A stretch of 64,000 nt of DNA from the IMG/VR virus record IMGVR_UViG_3300042341_001047, one strand, 5' to 3'. This DNA is from a virus. The notes beneath the pieces are model-generated. The model was not told where the DNA came from. It did no database searches and saw nothing but the letters and a program-made list of their open reading frames with translations. A program made the position numbers and the translations under genes. This document shows, one piece after another, positions 28,571 to 37,914 of this stretch (position 1 is the first letter of the stretch; every line of letters begins with the position of its first letter).

Positions 28571-30208
28571 ATGAAACTAAAGAATTATAATGATTTTACA
28601 AATAAATCAAAAAACACAAATGAAGGTAATTCATCTAATTATATGGCTAAATATAGTTTATCTGAATTTAGAAATATGATATCTGATAGTATACTTGAAA
28701 AAGATGAGTTTATAAAAGAAGAAAAAATTAATAGAATTCACGCATCATATGAATTAGAAATGTTATACGAGTCTAAATCTCATTGGGAAAAAACACCAGG
28801 TTCTATTTATCATGTAGATTTTGGTGATCATATTTTCTTAGTTAAGAATTCTGAGGGTTTTATAATAGAGAAAAAAACATTTGAACTTACTAATAGTGGT
28901 GAGTTAGAAAACTCAGAAATTCTTGAAGAGTGGGGTTGGAGAGATCTTGTTCCTGACTTTATTGAAAAAAGAATTGATAAGGTTTCTGAAGGTGGTAAAA
29001 AAGTTTTAGAATGGGTTAAAAAGGCTAAGGCAGCTATTAAAGAGTTTGTTCATCATAATCATAAAGCAATAAGTATAATTTTAAGTATTCTAACTGCTGT
29101 ATTTGGTATCGCTGGTATAGTTGCTCCTGGTTTAAGTGTATTAGGTGGTATTTGTATGATGTTAAATGGTACTTTACACATTTCACACGGATGGAGTGAT
29201 TTCAAAAAAGGAAAAGAAGTACTTGGTAAAGTATCACTTAAAGAATCTGGTAAAGCACTTTCATCTGGAATCATTAGTGGATTACCTGGTTTACTTTCAG
29301 GTAGTTTAATGATGTGTATTGGACTTAATGATGTTTGGCATGGAGGTACTACAGCAATGACTCCAGCCGGAGCAGCTGCTGCGGTTCACTCTGAAGCAAC
29401 TAAAAAAGGAGCTATGGCGACAGTAGAAAAAGTAGTTACTGGGGTAGGAGCTACAATAGAACATACAGTCGAAGCAGGAATTGAATGGTTTGCAGAGAAT
29501 GTTGTTCCAAATGCTGTGAAATTTGCAGGTGAAACTTTATTACCAGAAGCAGCAAAAGGTTTAGCTGCTGGAGCACTTGGTATAGGTTCAATATACTTAC
29601 ATGTTGCACTTAAAAAAATAATCGGATGGATTTATGATGCTATTCTAAAATCAATAGATGTAGTTGTATCAACACTTGATGGTGTTTCAAAAATACCTGG
29701 TAAAATAAGTGATTCGATATCTAAATTTACTGAGAGTGCTAAAGGTTTTGTATCAAAATTAGTTAGTAAAGGATTAAATAAATTAATTAAACCTATAACA
29801 GATTGTATAGCTGGATTCGTAGAAAAGTATATTACTCCAATCCTTAACGGAGTTAAAGGATTTGTTGCTGGTCAACAAATGGCTGTTAAAATTCTACAAG
29901 AAATGGAAAAAAGTAAACCGGAAACTGCACAAAAGATAGAAGGTATGCAAATCCAAGCAGTTCCTAAATCTGATCAAAAAATGTTCCCCAATACAGAACC
30001 TGTTAATATTAGCGATGAAGATAAAAATCAAATAGAAGAAATCGCAGAAGAAGGTGAAGAAAAAAATGGAGGAGGAGAAGGTGATACAAAAAAAGAAGTG
30101 AATAAAGAGGAACAAGCTACACAACCCGAACAACCGGCTAAAGAAAAAGAATCTGTAGCTGAAAGTAAGAAATATCTTATTAAAGAATTTAATAAATTTA
30201 AATATTAA
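28571..30208 (+). CDS. large hydrophobic protein, candidate virion-internal/ejection protein
   Basis: MKLKNYNDF leader; several G/A-rich hydrophobic helices; amphipathic tape-measure-like stretches; C-terminal KYLIKEFNKF. Confidence 0.55.
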   Translation: MKLKNYNDFTNKSKNTNEGNSSNYMAKYSLSEFRNMISDSILEKDEFIKEEKINRIHASYELEMLYESKSHWEKTPGSIYHVDFGDHIFLVKNSEGFIIEKKTFELTNSGELENSEILEEWGWRDLVPDFIEKRIDKVSEGGKKVLEWVKKAKAAIKEFVHHNHKAISIILSILTAVFGIAGIVAPGLSVLGGICMMLNGTLHISHGWSDFKKGKEVLGKVSLKESGKALSSGIISGLPGLLSGSLMMCIGLNDVWHGGTTAMTPAGAAAAVHSEATKKGAMATVEKVVTGVGATIEHTVEAGIEWFAENVVPNAVKFAGETLLPEAAKGLAAGALGIGSIYLHVALKKIIGWIYDAILKSIDVVVSTLDGVSKIPGKISDSISKFTESAKGFVSKLVSKGLNKLIKPITDCIAGFVEKYITPILNGVKGFVAGQQMAVKILQEMEKSKPETAQKIEGMQIQAVPKSDQKMFPNTEPVNISDEDKNQIEEIAEEGEEKNGGGEGDTKKEVNKEEQATQPEQPAKEKESVAESKKYLIKEFNKFKY

Positions 30209-30209
30209 T

Positions 30210-30782
30210 ATGAAACACTTAAAAACATTTGAATCGTTTTCAATCAATGAAACAATGGATATGATGACACTACCAGTTGATCCTATTCCAGGATCAGTAG
30301 ATGTCTATAGTGAAGTATTCAAATCAATTGGTTATAAAATTAATGATATAGTTAATCCATTAAAAAGAGTAGCACTTCCAGATGTTGTTAAAATTAAAGG
30401 TTTCATGATTAAAACATTTGGAACTACCTCTCCAGAATTGTCAAAAGAAAATGTTGAAAAACTAAATAAAGTTCTTGGATTAGATTATATTAATGAAAGT
30501 TCTTTTCAAGAAAATGAAAACTTAGCTATTAAATTGTGTGGTAGAATTAAACAATTATTAGGTGTTAATATTTATGCCAGTGCTGGTATTCCTTTGGCTA
30601 CGGTTTTAGGATTAATATCTGGTTCAGTATTTATAGGATTTGTTACATTTTTAGCCGGATGGGCATTACTTTGGATTTTTTCAAAAATTATGCAAATCTT
30701 TGGATACGGAGATATGGACACTAATATTAGTGGTATTGGAACTTATGATCCAGATAATGACATCAGAAGAAGAGAGAACTAA
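30210..30782 (+). CDS. hypothetical membrane protein, N-terminus paralogous to 24682..25530
   Basis: MKHLKTFESFSINETMDMMTLPVDPIPG; TM helices. Confidence 0.6.
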   Translation: MKHLKTFESFSINETMDMMTLPVDPIPGSVDVYSEVFKSIGYKINDIVNPLKRVALPDVVKIKGFMIKTFGTTSPELSKENVEKLNKVLGLDYINESSFQENENLAIKLCGRIKQLLGVNIYASAGIPLATVLGLISGSVFIGFVTFLAGWALLWIFSKIMQIFGYGDMDTNISGIGTYDPDNDIRRREN

Positions 30783-30796
30783 TAGAAAAGGTAATT

Positions 30797-31153
30797 TTAA
30801 TCATTACAAGTTTTCTTTACCCATTTAACAAGTATATCTCCGTGACAAGATTTACCACCACCTCCTAAATTTTTACACCAACACCCAAGAACTTTATCTT
30901 TTAATTCATGTAAGTCATTCATTAATTCTTCATTAGAAAGTAAATACTCTTCATAAGCATCTACGATTTTTTTTCTCGTAGTTCCCTCTGGAAAAGTATC
31001 ACGCAATTCTTTAGGGTAAGACCACTTATTGTATTTACCATTTGGTAACCGACCAATATAAATGTCAAAAGGTTCTTTCTTAAAATGAACTACTCTTACT
31101 TTATGGTCATATTTAGGCTTACCTTTAAAACTATCAAAAAAATCATCACTCAT
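30797..31153 (-). CDS. DUF4326-family protein
   Basis: VVH..K...DIYIGR...KW; ELKDKVLGCWCK...CHGDIL. Confidence 0.8.
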   Translation of the reverse strand: MSDDFFDSFKGKPKYDHKVRVVHFKKEPFDIYIGRLPNGKYNKWSYPKELRDTFPEGTTRKKIVDAYEEYLLSNEELMNDLHELKDKVLGCWCKNLGGGGKSCHGDILVKWVKKTCND

Positions 31154-31229
31154 ATTGGTAGATTTACTTTACTCAATAATTGATTTGAAACGTGTGTATA
31201 TATCTCAGTTATAAATAATAAAACTAAAA

Positions 31230-31382
31230 TTATGAATTGTTTAATTCGTTCAGTCTTATTTTCGCTGTTTCATAAGTATTCCACCTTTCATAAAATGATT
31301 CAAATAATCCAAACCATCTTACATATATCATGTGATAAACTTCACCACACATCAATTCTTGTTTAATAAAGTATTTTTTCAT
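31230..31382 (-). CDS. small cassette-encoded protein (50 aa, MKKYFIKQ...)
   Basis: The ATG at 31382 lies just inside one arm and the stop inside the other arm of the 31208-31414 module; the longer ORF-track start runs through the repeat. Confidence 0.5.
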   Translation of the reverse strand: MKKYFIKQELMCGEVYHMIYVRWFGLFESFYERWNTYETAKIRLNELNNS

Positions 31383-31620
31383 ATTGTATAATTTTAGTTT
31401 TACATATTTATAACAAAGTGTAAAAAACATTAAAACGATTTTTTACACTCAACCGTTGTTTTGGAAGAAGAGTGATTTTTATATCTTAACTTTTCTTCAA
31501 ATATTTTAAGAATTTTCATATAGAATCATATATAAAATAAGTGATTTAGTTTAATTATAGATATATAATAGTTATGTTTAATTGTTCGTTCCTCACAACT
31601 ACACTTCGTTAAACATAACA

Positions 31621-31830
31621 TCAGATAAACGAAATAAAATTAAAAATCAGCGATATTGCTAATACAATCACTATTCCAACTATCCATTTTCGTGCAAGAA
31701 AAAATCCTTGTACAAAACCATTTGAATATCCACTCGTATATGAATGTTTATCAATGTTTAGTTTTTTGTAATCAACCTTATCGTGTTTATTTAATTTTTG
31801 TAAAAGTATTTTTTTAAGTATTCGTTCCAT
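31621..31830 (-). CDS. small cassette-encoded membrane protein
   Basis: 69 aa with a C-terminal TM helix; enclosed by inverted arms 31613-31633 / 31848-31871. Confidence 0.55.
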   Translation of the reverse strand: MERILKKILLQKLNKHDKVDYKKLNIDKHSYTSGYSNGFVQGFFLARKWIVGIVIVLAISLIFNFISFI

Positions 31831-32011
31831 ATTTTTTTAATTTTACATTCGTTTATCTGTAACCGTTATGTATAATAAAAACTTAATTATGAGTTTCTAT
31901 TTTACAAAAATATTTATCCAAGTGAATAATTAAGTTTTTACTAATACATAACAAAGTGTAAAAAACATTAAAACGATTTTTTACACTCAATCGTTAGTGA
32001 TAATTAAAAAA

Positions 32012-32209
32012 TTATTTACTTTTTATAATATTTATTATTTTATCCTTATTCTTCTTCATATATACATCTATCGTTTTAATCTCCCAATTGATATATAAAT
32101 CCTCGATTATTTGAATAAGATTAGTAATTTTTTCACCATCACTAACATCAGATATATTCAAGTTTTCTTGATGTTCATTGAACTTTTGTATGTGTTTATT
32201 ATTTTCCAT
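32012..32209 (-). CDS. small protein spanning a cassette junction
   Basis: Leader MENNKHIQKFNEHQENLNISDV comes from one module and the rest from the next; TAATATATA upstream. Confidence 0.55.
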   Translation of the reverse strand: MENNKHIQKFNEHQENLNISDVSDGEKITNLIQIIEDLYINWEIKTIDVYMKKNKDKIINIIKSK

Positions 32210-32290
32210 CTTCGTATGTTATTTTAGTGTATATATTAAAAGAAAACCTAAATATATCTGAGTATCGTTATATTCAATTACTTTAAAATA

Positions 32291-32761
32291 CTACAGGTTG
32301 AATCTTATGCATTGTTCGGTTATGTATTTAGAGTGTTCTAATTGTAAGTGAGTAGCCAAACCAATAGTTAAGTGTAATCCAAAGTAAGGATCTGGAGTTA
32401 AACCCATAGCAGTTCTAATGTTTCTAGCATCATCACAATAAACTTTCAACCACCAGTGACCTTTATCGTTAGATCTAATTAAAGTTGGATCATATTGTAA
32501 AGTGATTTCTTTTCCGTGGAATATTTCTCTAGCTTGTGCGTAGATTTCATCATCACATCTATCATTGATAATAGTAACGTGAGTTCCTCTTAAAGGTTTG
32601 TTCAACTTCAAGTTGAATCTTTTTTCTAAGAACCAAGCGTAGTAAGCAAAAGTATCATCATCGAACTTCACCATAGCAGTTTTCTTCCAACTAGACTGAG
32701 CATTGTGCTTCTTAGTCACGTTAATTGGGTCAAACTCTATAATTCCTTTCAATTCAAACAT
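32291..32761 (-). CDS. 2H phosphoesterase family protein
   Basis: Two HxT motifs (GTHVTII, GLHLTIG) about 68 aa apart in 156 aa; TATCTTTG host-type promoter box at 32766-32773. Confidence 0.7.
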   Translation of the reverse strand: MFELKGIIEFDPINVTKKHNAQSSWKKTAMVKFDDDTFAYYAWFLEKRFNLKLNKPLRGTHVTIINDRCDDEIYAQAREIFHGKEITLQYDPTLIRSNDKGHWWLKVYCDDARNIRTAMGLTPDPYFGLHLTIGLATHLQLEHSKYITEQCIRFNL

Positions 32762-32813
32762 AGAACAAAGATACTTAGAAATATTAATATATACAAAAAA
32801 TATAAAATATTAT

Positions 32814-33248
32814 ATGGTATTATCAACATTAATTATAATGAATTTCATTTGGATAGTTTATTCACTAACAGAAGGAATGAGAGAAGGTTTCTACTGGCAC
32901 TATGAGAATAGTTGTAAAAGAGTATGTGACTTTAATGTGAATCCAATATTTAATCTACAAAGAGCTCTAATTTTATTAATAACATCAATAGTTATGGTAG
33001 GTATAATCGGATGGTACTCCCTATTAAGTTCAATATGTATGATACTAATTTTTAGCTTCTTTCACAACGGAACCTACTATCATACTAGAAATAAATTAAG
33101 TAATGGAGATTTATATCCTAAAGGATGGTGTGATGAATCTAGAACATTTCCACCATTTACACCACTAATAAAATATAATAAAAGAACTATAGCAATGGTA
33201 ATAGGTGTTTTATCACAAGTATTCATCTATCTATTTCTACTAAATTAA
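32814..33248 (+). CDS. hypothetical membrane protein
   Basis: Several TM helices; likely start MVLSTL at 32814, since the ORF-track start overlaps the divergent gene. Confidence 0.55.
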   Translation: MVLSTLIIMNFIWIVYSLTEGMREGFYWHYENSCKRVCDFNVNPIFNLQRALILLITSIVMVGIIGWYSLLSSICMILIFSFFHNGTYYHTRNKLSNGDLYPKGWCDESRTFPPFTPLIKYNKRTIAMVIGVLSQVFIYLFLLN

Positions 33249-33259
33249 AAATAAATATT

Positions 33260-33448
33260 ATGAAAAAAGAACCTGAAATGATTAAAAATCAATCAATGTC
33301 AAAAGAAGAAATCAACCTATTAAGAGAAAAATTTGTTAATGAATACTCTAAAAAGAAAGGTTGGAATTCAAAAGAATTATCAACACAACAAATGATGGAG
33401 ATAGTTTCTCACAAACAATACAAATCACCTGGATTAATCTTAGGTTAA
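33260..33448 (+). CDS. small hypothetical protein
   Basis: 62-aa ORF. Confidence 0.55.
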   Translation: MKKEPEMIKNQSMSKEEINLLREKFVNEYSKKKGWNSKELSTQQMMEIVSHKQYKSPGLILG

Positions 33449-33464
33449 GATAAAAATATCCTGA

Positions 33465-34550
33465 TTACATCAGGATATTTTTTTGCTTTTTAATTCCATT
33501 TGGATTATCACATAAATCACTTGTATAAACAGTACCAATCTCTGGTAACATTTCCATTATATCATATCTGTTTCCAACAAACTCTTGTTTACCTCTATGA
33601 TTTTCAACATATAAAGCGTGACCATTCCAATTAATACTTTTCATTTCTGTATATCCTTGTTCAAAAATCCATCTATAAAGTAAAGAAGTTTCTTCTTCTA
33701 TTTTCTTTTTAGAGATATACATTTTTTTAGTTTTATCACCGAATTTAAAGTATGAGAAGTAATCAGCAGAATAAACTGAATTATCATCACTCTCACCGGT
33801 GTCAATATCATCATAATTATACTGATTTCTTTTTACAGGTAATGTTTCCCAATCAATATTACAAACTGACTTACAAAGTTTAGATAAAAATTCAATATCT
33901 TGATGTTCACTAGTTGTATGTTCTTTGTAATAACCTACAGATATGTTAGTACACTCAGGTACCAAGTCCATAAATTTAGCAGAATCTGTAAGAATACCTG
34001 TATCATCTGGTTCAAAACTTAAATTCTCACCAGCCACATTTAATCGAGTGGCCAATTCTTTTGCAAATTCATCAGAACAACATCTACCATACCATTGGTG
34101 TGTAATAACAGAAGTAGTTCCTCTTCTATCAAAAGAAACAACCTTATTAATTGTTTTTGAAAATTCATTATTTTGCCAATCATTAGAGACTTTACCAGAT
34201 CCTATACAACCAACTTCTTCACCTAAGAAGAAATAGTAAAGTCCTGGAATTTTCTTTTCTATCATATACATCACAACAACCATACCTGCTTTATCATCAG
34301 CTCCTAAAATGGTTTTACCATTAGTTCTAATAAATTTAGTATCTTGAACGTGTGTTACTTTTTGTTGTGTTGAACAAGCCGTGTCTAAGTGACAGGTAAA
34401 CATTGTAGTTGGATTTTCACCAACAACATAATAAAAGTTACCAAACTTATCTTGTTTTGTTCCTTGTGGTAAATATGATTTTAAAAATCCCTCAGTTCCG
34501 TTCGGATATGTGTAACTTGTAAGTTGTAAAAACTTCTTCCTAATTCTCAT
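33465..34550 (-). CDS. M28/M20-like zinc peptidase
   Basis: CHLDT, LGADDKAG, GEEVG, SFDRR, TDSA, NISVGYYKEH. Confidence 0.85.
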   Translation of the reverse strand: MRIRKKFLQLTSYTYPNGTEGFLKSYLPQGTKQDKFGNFYYVVGENPTTMFTCHLDTACSTQQKVTHVQDTKFIRTNGKTILGADDKAGMVVVMYMIEKKIPGLYYFFLGEEVGCIGSGKVSNDWQNNEFSKTINKVVSFDRRGTTSVITHQWYGRCCSDEFAKELATRLNVAGENLSFEPDDTGILTDSAKFMDLVPECTNISVGYYKEHTTSEHQDIEFLSKLCKSVCNIDWETLPVKRNQYNYDDIDTGESDDNSVYSADYFSYFKFGDKTKKMYISKKKIEEETSLLYRWIFEQGYTEMKSINWNGHALYVENHRGKQEFVGNRYDIMEMLPEIGTVYTSDLCDNPNGIKKQKNILM

Positions 34551-34597
34551 TTTATATAATTTAAGTAAATATAGTTAAAAATAAAGTAATATACAAA

Positions 34598-35131
34598 TTA
34601 TTCTTTATCTTTATTAAAAATTTGATCAATCTTTTTATCTCTAATCCATGATTTGGATAATTCGGTTAAGTCTGAGGTCCAACCAGATATCTTATCAGTT
34701 ATGTAATAGTTATTCTCTATATGATTATTTTTAATTTCATGTTTTACATGATAATCACCAACATCATCTGACATCTTATAGTGATATTCCTTAGCAACGA
34801 TTATATAATCAATATTCAATTTATCTATAATCTCTCTATACTCTATAATAGTCGAAACACTAAGACCCCAAAAGTCAAATATTAAAAGGTCGACTCTAAA
34901 CAAATTAGAACGATTTTCTAATATCATTTTAAATTCGGAAAAATTATTAAATTCTATTTTATTATCTATAAAATATATAAGTGATGTTTTAGCAGAACTT
35001 GAACTTCTGGGTCTACAAATTAACAAAGGTGTTCTACCATCAGTTTCCAAAAAAGATATTATACGACTCAATGCGTATGAGACATCACTTGGATTACCAG
35101 TAATATAATTACTTCTTTTTATCGGTATCAT
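34598..35131 (-). CDS. hypothetical protein (degenerate P-loop-like) with C-terminal RDKKIDQIF tag
   Basis: Walker-B-like DLLIFD; no intact Walker A. Confidence 0.5.
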   Translation of the reverse strand: MIPIKRSNYITGNPSDVSYALSRIISFLETDGRTPLLICRPRSSSSAKTSLIYFIDNKIEFNNFSEFKMILENRSNLFRVDLLIFDFWGLSVSTIIEYREIIDKLNIDYIIVAKEYHYKMSDDVGDYHVKHEIKNNHIENNYYITDKISGWTSDLTELSKSWIRDKKIDQIFNKDKE

Positions 35132-35525
35132 TTATATTCTTCATTCTAACATCAACTATATAGTTGAATTTATGTAAAAATCTCCTACCTATTAAGACAG
35201 GATATCTCATATTTTTTCTATTTGCTAATGATATAAAAAACTTATATGTTGATTCTCCAATTTTTATTTTTGTAAAAACTAAAAATCTTTCTTGTTTTCT
35301 ACCAAATGAACTTTTAACTGAAACCTTCTTAAATTTCTCATAAACAAATTCATTGGAGTCTATTCTAAATTTCAATTTACCATCGACAATCTCAATATCA
35401 TCGACATGTAAAGCTATACCATAAGCACCGGTATCTATTTTACCCTTTAACTTACCAATGTTCAACTCAGGGAAATAAACATTCTCATATCTCCCAACTT
35501 TCTTTTCCACATTTTCACCACCCAT
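35109..35525 (-). CDS. RimK-associated retropepsin-like aspartic protease (ATP-dependent Zn protease family)
   Basis: KIDTGA, VKSSFG...ER, MRYPVLIGRRFL. Confidence 0.82.
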   Translation of the reverse strand: MGGENVEKKVGRYENVYFPELNIGKLKGKIDTGAYGIALHVDDIEIVDGKLKFRIDSNEFVYEKFKKVSVKSSFGRKQERFLVFTKIKIGESTYKFFISLANRKNMRYPVLIGRRFLHKFNYIVDVRMKNINDTDKKK

Positions 35526-35659
35526 CTCCTCTATAAAATAATTTTATTTTATATATAATTTATTATACCCATCCATAGGGACATCTTAATTAACAAATAT
35601 AGTAATTTTTATTGAACAAATTGATAATAGTTTATATAAATAAAAAATAATATCATTTA

Positions 35660-36424
35660 ATGGCTCATAATTACGCTTTTACCTATGTAATAGGATACAG
35701 ACACAGAATAGACAGACTACAAAATTTAAGAAGAGTACTTGATTGGATCAATGGATTCTCAGGAGCAGAAGTAATAATAGTCGAGCAAGATAAACACTCA
35801 AAGATATCACATCTAAATCTAAAAGCTAAACATATTTTTATAAAATCAAATCTACCATATAATAGATCTTGGTCATTTAATGTGGCTTTGAAAAGCTCAA
35901 ATTCATCAGTAATAGTTTTTGGTGACTCTGATTTAATAATGGAACCTAATCAATTTATAGCTGGTTTACAAGCTCTTCAAACCTATGAAATGGTTAGTCC
36001 TTATCACACAGTAGTTGATTTAACACCAAGTGAAACTGGATTACCAATGGAAGAAGTGGTGAAAATTGAAAGACCTGGAAGAGGAGAAACAGATAACCAA
36101 AAGATTAATATTTCAGGCGGAATATCAATGTTTAGAAAAGAGTCTATCTCAAAAATAGCTGGTTGGAATGAAGACTTTATTGGATGGGGTGGAGAAGATG
36201 ATTATCAAACATTAAAAGTTCATAACTTTTTATCTTGGACAGAACTCAGAGCTAAGTGTTACCATCTTTATCATGATAAAGAACAACCAGAAATGAAATG
36301 GTATCAAAGAAATTTAGATCTACTTAAAAAGACATCTCAAATGGATAAGTCTCAGTTACAAAAGGTTATCTTTAACCAATTGCCAAAAATTGGAATGAAG
36401 AATAAATATGATAATTTCATCTAA
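35660..36424 (+). CDS. glycosyltransferase (GT2/GT7 galactosyltransferase-like)
   Basis: IIVEQD, NRSWSFN, DSD, GWNEDFIGWGGEDD, HLYH. Confidence 0.85.
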   Translation: MAHNYAFTYVIGYRHRIDRLQNLRRVLDWINGFSGAEVIIVEQDKHSKISHLNLKAKHIFIKSNLPYNRSWSFNVALKSSNSSVIVFGDSDLIMEPNQFIAGLQALQTYEMVSPYHTVVDLTPSETGLPMEEVVKIERPGRGETDNQKINISGGISMFRKESISKIAGWNEDFIGWGGEDDYQTLKVHNFLSWTELRAKCYHLYHDKEQPEMKWYQRNLDLLKKTSQMDKSQLQKVIFNQLPKIGMKNKYDNFI

Positions 36425-37184
36425 AGATTTAGAAAAAGTATGTAACTATGTAGAGTCTACAAAACCTTCTTTACCACAAGCATCAATGAACTTCATTGAC
36501 TTTGAAGAAGAACCAAATGAAGAGTATCAAAGAGAAATTAAAAGAAAGAATAGAGAACTTGCTATTGATGCTATTATTGAAGATAAAGTAGAAGAGTTTA
36601 AAAACAGAGAATCATTTATTAATCCATTGGATAATGAAGGATATATACAAACTATATCTCCTAAACTTAAATCAATTAATGTTAAGGGTAAAACCTATTT
36701 AGATTTAACAGATATTTACACAGATATAATGATGACATTAGAATCATTAACATCTTCACCTATGAGTACTCCTCAAAATTTGAATATAAATATTCAAAAT
36801 GATCCTAGTTTAACAGACTTCGAAAATTTGATGGCTTTATCCAGAAGAGTTGTGTCTAAAATAATTTTATTAAGTAATTACATATCATCAACTGGTAGAA
36901 CAGGTCCTGCTAATACTATTATAATTGGTTTAGATGCTTATAAGTATCTTCTTCTTTCCAATGGAATGATGGCTTCAAGTAACGATGGTGTTGTGACTGG
37001 GAATATTAATGGAATGAATGTTATACCATCACCTTATATCAAATCAAATAAGATTATTATGATGAGAAATGTCCAGAAAACCGAGAATGGATTAAATGTA
37101 ATAAATTGTACAAATGATATGAGATACTTCTTAAAAGAGACTCCGAATTATTCTAAGATTATAAATTGGTTTGAAATTATATAG
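36408..37184 (+). CDS. truncated major-capsid-protein paralogue
   Basis: RRVVSKIILLSNYISSTGRTGPA matches MCP RKLITKIAHASNYIATEGRVGPA. Confidence 0.65.
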   Translation: MIISSKDLEKVCNYVESTKPSLPQASMNFIDFEEEPNEEYQREIKRKNRELAIDAIIEDKVEEFKNRESFINPLDNEGYIQTISPKLKSINVKGKTYLDLTDIYTDIMMTLESLTSSPMSTPQNLNINIQNDPSLTDFENLMALSRRVVSKIILLSNYISSTGRTGPANTIIIGLDAYKYLLLSNGMMASSNDGVVTGNINGMNVIPSPYIKSNKIIMMRNVQKTENGLNVINCTNDMRYFLKETPNYSKIINWFEII

Positions 37185-37716
37185 AGGCAACTCTAACCTT
37201 ATCATACTTTATTAGTAACTTATAAAGTTTTTCATATTCATCATTAGGATTCTCAACTTTTCGTTCATACCATTTATCCTTATTAAAATACTCAACTAAC
37301 ATACCAACTCTAAAATCTTCTTTTTTAGTTGGTTTCCAATATCTTTTTGATTCAACAAATGAGAATGATGTACCATTATGTAAATATGACATATTATCAG
37401 AATCAGTATTATACATTACAATACCCATTGGTATCTCAGAACCATCTTTGAATATCTTCTTAGCATTAGTCTCACCTGTATATTTAATAATAGCACAATC
37501 TTCGTGAAAGTGATTAAGTAGGAAAATAACATCTTTCCTTAAGGTATCATTATCAACACGACCATAAGCCATAACAGAGTCTTCATATTGACCTTTGTAA
37601 TAACCCTTAATAGGTAAAACTTGATATTCTTTAGCATAAAGAATTGAAATCATATCCTCTATTCTAGGTGAGGAAAGTAAAATAAAAGAAGCGTCTCTGT
37701 GTTCTAGTCCGATCAT
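37177..37716 (-). CDS. hypothetical protein
   Basis: 179 aa; TTAATATATA upstream. Confidence 0.6.
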   Translation of the reverse strand: MIGLEHRDASFILLSSPRIEDMISILYAKEYQVLPIKGYYKGQYEDSVMAYGRVDNDTLRKDVIFLLNHFHEDCAIIKYTGETNAKKIFKDGSEIPMGIVMYNTDSDNMSYLHNGTSFSFVESKRYWKPTKKEDFRVGMLVEYFNKDKWYERKVENPNDEYEKLYKLLIKYDKVRVASI

Positions 37717-37734
37717 AAAGTATATATTAAATAT

Positions 37735-37890
37735 TTATACTTGATCTGTCACAGTATAGATATCAAGAATACTTTTTTTACTAAGCTTTTTTACTTTTGA
37801 AAAATAAATAATCGCCTCTTCTAATGTTTCGAGCAAAACTCTCGAAATGACCTCTTTGGAGTTTTTTGGTTTTAGATAAAATGTTTTCAT
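37735..37890 (-). CDS. 51-aa hypothetical protein MKTFYLKPKN... (not in the ORF track)
   Basis: ATG 37890 to TAA 37735 fills the intergenic gap; TATATA upstream. Confidence 0.5.
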   Translation of the reverse strand: MKTFYLKPKNSKEVISRVLLETLEEAIIYFSKVKKLSKKSILDIYTVTDQV

Positions 37891-37914
37891 AGTTTATATA
37901 TCATATATTTAATT

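Larger units (their letters stand above)
31194..32272. repeat. array of interlocking inverted-repeat modules joined at GTTA/TAAC cores (attC-like cassette array)
   Basis: Eight clear inverted-repeat-bounded modules plus one degenerate module; 43-bp exact direct repeat at 31410-31452 and 31948-31990. Confidence 0.75.

Noticed and set aside
31410-31990. 43-bp direct repeats as a CRISPR array
   Set aside because: Only two copies about 540 bp apart with ORFs between them; no regular spacers or cas genes
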